This document shows, one piece after another, positions 62,001 through 64,000 of a stretch of 64,000 nucleotides of DNA. Position 1 is the first letter of the stretch. Every line of letters begins with the position of its first letter. A model generated the notes under the pieces. The model was not told the origin of the DNA and made no database searches. It worked only from the letters and a program-made list of their open reading frames with translations. The translations under genes were made by a program, and so were the position numbers. The stretch lies in contig OZ038378.1 of assembly GCA_964036045.1 (NCBI GenBank), forward strand, positions 140,492,001-140,556,000. The letters are read 5' to 3'. Origin of the DNA: Eutreptiella sp. 'Long Island Sound 2002'. Taxonomy: Eukaryota > Protista > Euglenida.

Positions 62001-64000
62001 TTTGGGTCGTCGGGGCATGTGGCAGGGGGACTACGGCAAAAAGCCTGTTCGGGTCGACGTTACGGAGGTGTTCCCGGAGGTTGGCCACCAGCTCGCTCGA
62101 GGGCGTGGAGGCGTGGATGTCGTAGAGCGCCCTCAGTTCCGCCTCGTCGAAGGGACCCGTGCCCCGTTGCTGTGGCGGTCGGGGGGGCGGGGGGGGCATG
62201 GCCACCCGGTCTTGGTCCAGTGCCGCGTCAGCCGGGGAGGGGTGCCGTGAGGTGGCGCCCGGGTGTCCCCCAGGCACGTACTCCGTGGGGGGTTCCCGTT
62301 GCCGGGGCATCGAGCAGGGTGTGGCGGTGGGCAGTGGGCCAGCGGGCTCCTTGGGGCTGGAGGTCCCTGTCATCTCTGTGTCCGCCCTTGGTCCGCTCGC
62401 GTCGTGTCCCGGCTGCCGCGATGTGCCCTCTGTGGCCTGGCAGCTTCTGGACTGCGGGGAGGGCTGCCCCCCCGCCCCTTGCGTAGGGCTGGGGTCGGGC
62501 GCGGGCTCCCTTGGTCGCGTGTCTGTGGCGTGTGGTCCTCTCGGTAGCGGATCGGCCGCTGACCCCGGGAGGGAGGCGGCGGATGAGCTGGACGTTTCGC
62601 CCGCCGTCTGGCGAGGGTCCGCTTGAAGCGCTGCTTGCCGCTCGCGCTCGGCCGGCGTGAGAATGGTGGGGATGTGCGTCCGCTCGGTGCGGGGCCTCTT
62701 GGACCGGCGTCTAGGGTCGGAGGTCGATGATGTTCGCCGAGCGTGGGGGTCGCGGGGGTCCCCGTGGTCCCTGTCCATATCCTCATTGAAGACGACTCGT
62801 TGCGCTGCGGGGGGCGGCGTGCGGCTGCGGCGACGGGATCGGCCAGGGTGCCTCGTCTCTTGGTGCTGCTCCGGCGTGTCGCCTTGCACCCTCGAGGCGT
62901 GGGGACTGCCCGGGCTCCTCCGTGGGGCGAACGGCCGCAGGGGGCTGCTGTATGTGCCAGAGGGGGAAGCCCTACCGGGTGGTGGACCCCGTGGGTGTTC
63001 CAGTGAGTTTCGGTGCGCCGCCTGCCTGGGGGGTTCCGGGACGTCTTGGGACCGCGGCCGCCGGTGGCCTCAAGTGGTCCCTGGTAGCCCGGTGATCCAG
63101 GGATGTCCCAGATATTATGGTCCTGCATGGCTGTACGGATGCGCAGGGCGGCGCGCTGGTGCCACCGCCAGTGCAGTCCGTTCATTTCATCTGGGCTGTA
63201 GGCTCCCATATGCGCCATGAGCCGGGTGGCCACATAGCGCCATTGGCCGGGGTGGTCCATGGTGGCGGGGGGTGTGTGCGCCGTCCGATGACCAAACGTG
63301 ACGTCTGCCATGGTGCGTGTTCCCTCCGCGAGGTGGCGGGACCGCGAAGAAGGTACCCATCGCATGCGGACCGCCAGTTCGAGCTGCTCCCCTGTGACAA
63401 GCCTGGGGATCCAGAAGCCTAGGTCTTGGGTCGCTTCCTGCTCCGCTTGTTCCCTGGGGTGGCTGGCGTCACCCTCCAAGCGTGCATAGTCCAGGGGTCC
63501 CCGCCCCCAGGGCGGGGCGGCCCCCGGCGGTGGGGCAACAGGCTCACTCGCGGTGTTGGTGGCCGCTTCCACGCGCGTGCCCTCACCTGGGGCGTTGCGC
63601 TCATCCGTAGTCCGGTCCGCCGCGCCGCTCGCGGTCGCCTACTTCTCGCCCGTAGTGGCAATCTGCCCCAGGACGGTGTAGTCGCGCTGGAGGTGCGCTT
63701 GTCGTGGCACCGTGAGGGGCGTATCGTCCGCCTGGTCGCGTTGTGGCTCCGGGTGGACGCGTGGCGTCTCCGGTGCTGGGACCGCCTGGGGGTCATCCCT
63801 GCAGGAGTCCATGAAGGCATCGAAGGAGTCGTCGTCGCGGTTGTGCCCGCTGGGTGACGTTCCTCCTTCGTCCGCGCGCTGGGGCGTGTCGGGCGTGGTT
63901 TCCCGAGCCTCTGACCCCACGCTGATTTCCGGTGGATCTCGTTGCAGCGCCTCCCCTGGCGTGCTCATGCCTGCGCGGGTCGCCAGGTTCTCCCGGGGGG
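59100..64000 (-). mobile_element. Young GC/CpG-rich element encoding a long low-complexity ORF with a Ulp1/C48-like protease; open at the right edge
   Basis: Sharp GC increase near 59100. Overlapping long minus-strand ORFs of 400, 398 and 278 aa are joined by few frameshifts. Confidence 0.7.
61230..62010 (-). CDS. Ulp1/SENP-like (peptidase C48) domain, split by one frameshift
   Basis: LVTPGTQVSDDLIEAWIWWF (resembles the L.DevIn.y motif), ENGHYYQV (H 61601-61603), EAVDSM (D 61538-61540), NLCPVF (C 61268-61270): the H-D-C order of clan CE. Confidence 0.7.

Noticed and set aside
60147-63857. Long plus-strand ORFs over the GC-rich element
   Set aside because: They are antisense shadows of high-GC sequence. 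Recognisable motifs are on the minus strand only.

Overview
Repeat-saturated eukaryotic nuclear DNA. It is inferred to come from a photosynthetic euglenid, because it carries a decayed, intronless light-harvesting-complex (LHCII) polyprotein with inter-unit linkers at about 47.15-49.54 kb. No rRNA, tRNA or CRISPR array was seen. The window looks mostly like giant introns of one plus-strand host gene: four short GT-AG exons at 7665, 16079, 26486 and 39784 join in matching phases to give a HEAT/ARM-like peptide. The rest is nested mobile DNA: a Transib/RAG1-like transposase remnant (with a second C-terminal copy at the left edge), an intron-containing PIF/Harbinger-like transposase, hAT-like fragments, non-LTR retrotransposon pieces (RT, RNase H, CCHC finger), a gag + tyrosine recombinase element with no RT, and a young GC-rich element encoding a Ulp1-like protease that runs off the right edge. 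There are also foldback/MITE-like hairpins, minisatellites, microsatellites and interstitial telomere-like tracts. All protein family calls come from motifs read by eye; no database searches were run. Element boundaries are approximate unless exact motifs are quoted.
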